NCBI GenBank assembly: GCA_002690085.1 | Contig: NZDM01000069.1 | Span: 1-57,791 of the forward strand | Source: Flavobacteriaceae bacterium | GTDB lineage: Bacteria; Bacteroidota; Bacteroidia; Flavobacteriales; Flavobacteriaceae | Reading direction: 5' to 3' | DNA length: 57,791 bases | Shown: in pieces, positions 56,418-57,791 of the stretch | Numbering within the stretch: position 1 is the first letter of the stretch | Layout: each line of letters begins with the position of its first letter | Notes under the pieces: model-generated | Told to the model about the DNA's origin: nothing | Seen by the model: the letters and a program-made list of their open reading frames with translations, nothing else | The model's database searches: none | Program-made: the position numbers and the translations under genes

Positions 56418-57791
56418 ATGGCAAAACCATTGAAACTGAAAAACGGTGGTAATTCACCATCTAAAAAACGTAAACGATGTCCAAAAGGTACCAGAAAAAA
56501 TAAGAAAACAGGTGAGTGTGAACCAGTTAATAAGTCAATGACTGCTAAATCTAAGGTAAAAACACCAACTCCGCAACCAGCGGTTAGAAAAAGGTGTCCA
56601 AAAGGTACTAGAAAAAATAAGAAAACTGGTCAGTGTGATCCTATTAAGAAATCAATAACAGCCAATGTTAAGAGTCCTAAGAAGCTAGGTAAGAAACTGA
56701 AACTAGTATCAAAACCTAAAGTAGTTGACAAAAAATTGAAGAAAACTTCTCCTTCTCCGGTGAAGGCAACTAAGAAAGCAAAAATGGTAAAACCTAGAAA
56801 ACTTACACGCAAACTTAAACTGGTAAAGGTCTTAAAGCCTCCGACAGAGGCTAAACAAATGGACCAGCCAGAGGTGATTAATGGAAAAAAAGTTTATAAC
56901 GAGGAGTTTGTAGACATCCTCGGTCAGCTTGAAGATATCATGCAGCGTCAAGGTGAACCATTTCGCGCAAGAGCATATCATAAGGCAGCTGAAACTATCA
57001 TGACATTTCCCGATGAGATTACTGATCCCAAGCAGCTTGAAAAACTACCCGGTATCGGAAAAACCATCATGACCAAGCTCCAAGAGTATGTTGACACGGG
57101 TAAACTCAATGCGATTGAGAAGATGAAGAATAACCCTCTCAATGTGCTGACAAAAGTCTATGGCATTGGCCCTAAAAAAGCCAAACAGTTCATCGATGAG
57201 GGCCTTGATACCATTGAAAAACTAAAAGAACATCCTGAAAAGCTGACTGCAGCACAGAAAGTTGGTGTTCAGTATTTCGATGATATTGAAAAGAAGATTC
57301 CTCGTTCTGAAATCGATGAATACAAGGTTGTCTTCGAAAAAGTCTTCAAGGAAAGCACTCCACCTGGATCTAAGTTTGAAATTGTTGGATCTTATCGTCG
57401 CGGTAAGCAACAGTCTGGTGATATTGATATGATCATTACCAACACTGACAACAACAAAAAGGCATTTGAAGATTTCCTTGATGCTCTAGTAGAAAAGGGT
57501 ATTATAACCCATCTACTATCCAGAGGCCGAACCAAGAGTTTAACTCTGGCTAAGCTTCCAGGGAAACCTGCTCGCAGGGTTGATCTTATGTATACTCCGC
57601 CACAGGAATACGCATTTGCTACTCTGTACTTTACTGGATCCAAAGCATTCAATACTATGCAACGCCAAAGGGCTCTTGATCTTGGATACACACTAAATGA
57701 GCACGGTATGCATGAAATGAAGAATGGAAACAAGGGCGCCAAAGTCGAGGGTGACTTCCCAGATGAGCAGTCTATCTTCAAGTTCCTTGGC
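56418..57791 (+). CDS. DNA polymerase family X (Pol beta-like), truncated at the window edge, with a basic N-terminal extension
   Basis: Not in the ORF track because it runs off the end. Translated from ATG 56418: FRARAYHKAA, LPGIGK, VYGIGPKKA, IVGSYRRG..SGDIDMII, RRVDLMY, LYFTGSKAFN. Two N-terminal RKRCPKGTRKNKKTGxC repeats. Confidence 0.93.
   Translation, partial: MAKPLKLKNGGNSPSKKRKRCPKGTRKNKKTGECEPVNKSMTAKSKVKTPTPQPAVRKRCPKGTRKNKKTGQCDPIKKSITANVKSPKKLGKKLKLVSKPKVVDKKLKKTSPSPVKATKKAKMVKPRKLTRKLKLVKVLKPPTEAKQMDQPEVINGKKVYNEEFVDILGQLEDIMQRQGEPFRARAYHKAAETIMTFPDEITDPKQLEKLPGIGKTIMTKLQEYVDTGKLNAIEKMKNNPLNVLTKVYGIGPKKAKQFIDEGLDTIEKLKEHPEKLTAAQKVGVQYFDDIEKKIPRSEIDEYKVVFEKVFKESTPPGSKFEIVGSYRRGKQQSGDIDMIITNTDNNKKAFEDFLDALVEKGIITHLLSRGRTKSLTLAKLPGKPARRVDLMYTPPQEYAFATLYFTGSKAFNTMQRQRALDLGYTLNEHGMHEMKNGNKGAKVEGDFPDEQSIFKFLG

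Noticed and set aside
56630-57781. Minus-strand ORFs at the window end
   Set aside because: Antisense to the Pol X reading frame.

Overview
This AT-rich, gene-dense window looks like part of a giant dsDNA virus genome (Nucleocytoviricota, most likely Imitervirales/Mesomimiviridae-like). That assignment is inferred from gene content and from the mimivirus early-promoter octamer AAAATTGA, which precedes many genes. Recognisable genes include an SNF2 helicase with a C-terminal RING, glycosyltransferases (GT90, GT32), eIF1A, a Nanos-type zinc finger, several RINGs, a 2H phosphoesterase, a PAP2 phosphatase and glutaryl-CoA dehydrogenase. Also present are vWA and DUF2828 (TROVE-like) proteins, a split CMP/dCMP deaminase beside dUTPase, a GNAT fusion, a Ser/Thr kinase, a PD-(D/E)XK nuclease, two fibre proteins (one with a peptidase S74 chaperone), a partial family X DNA polymerase and five tRNAs. 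The strongest unexplained signals are: (1) four intergenic segments rich in base-paired stems and pseudoknots, two of which appear to share a core; (2) a deaminase frame break that coincides with a 28-nt GT..AG hairpin whose removal restores the frame; (3) a dispersed 37-bp direct repeat; (4) GG-plus-basic tails on unrelated proteins, with a candidate clan CE protease in the window; and (5) a tRNA-Ile(UAU) with an initiator-type T-loop. All family assignments and RNA pairings were made by eye; no searches or folding programs were run.
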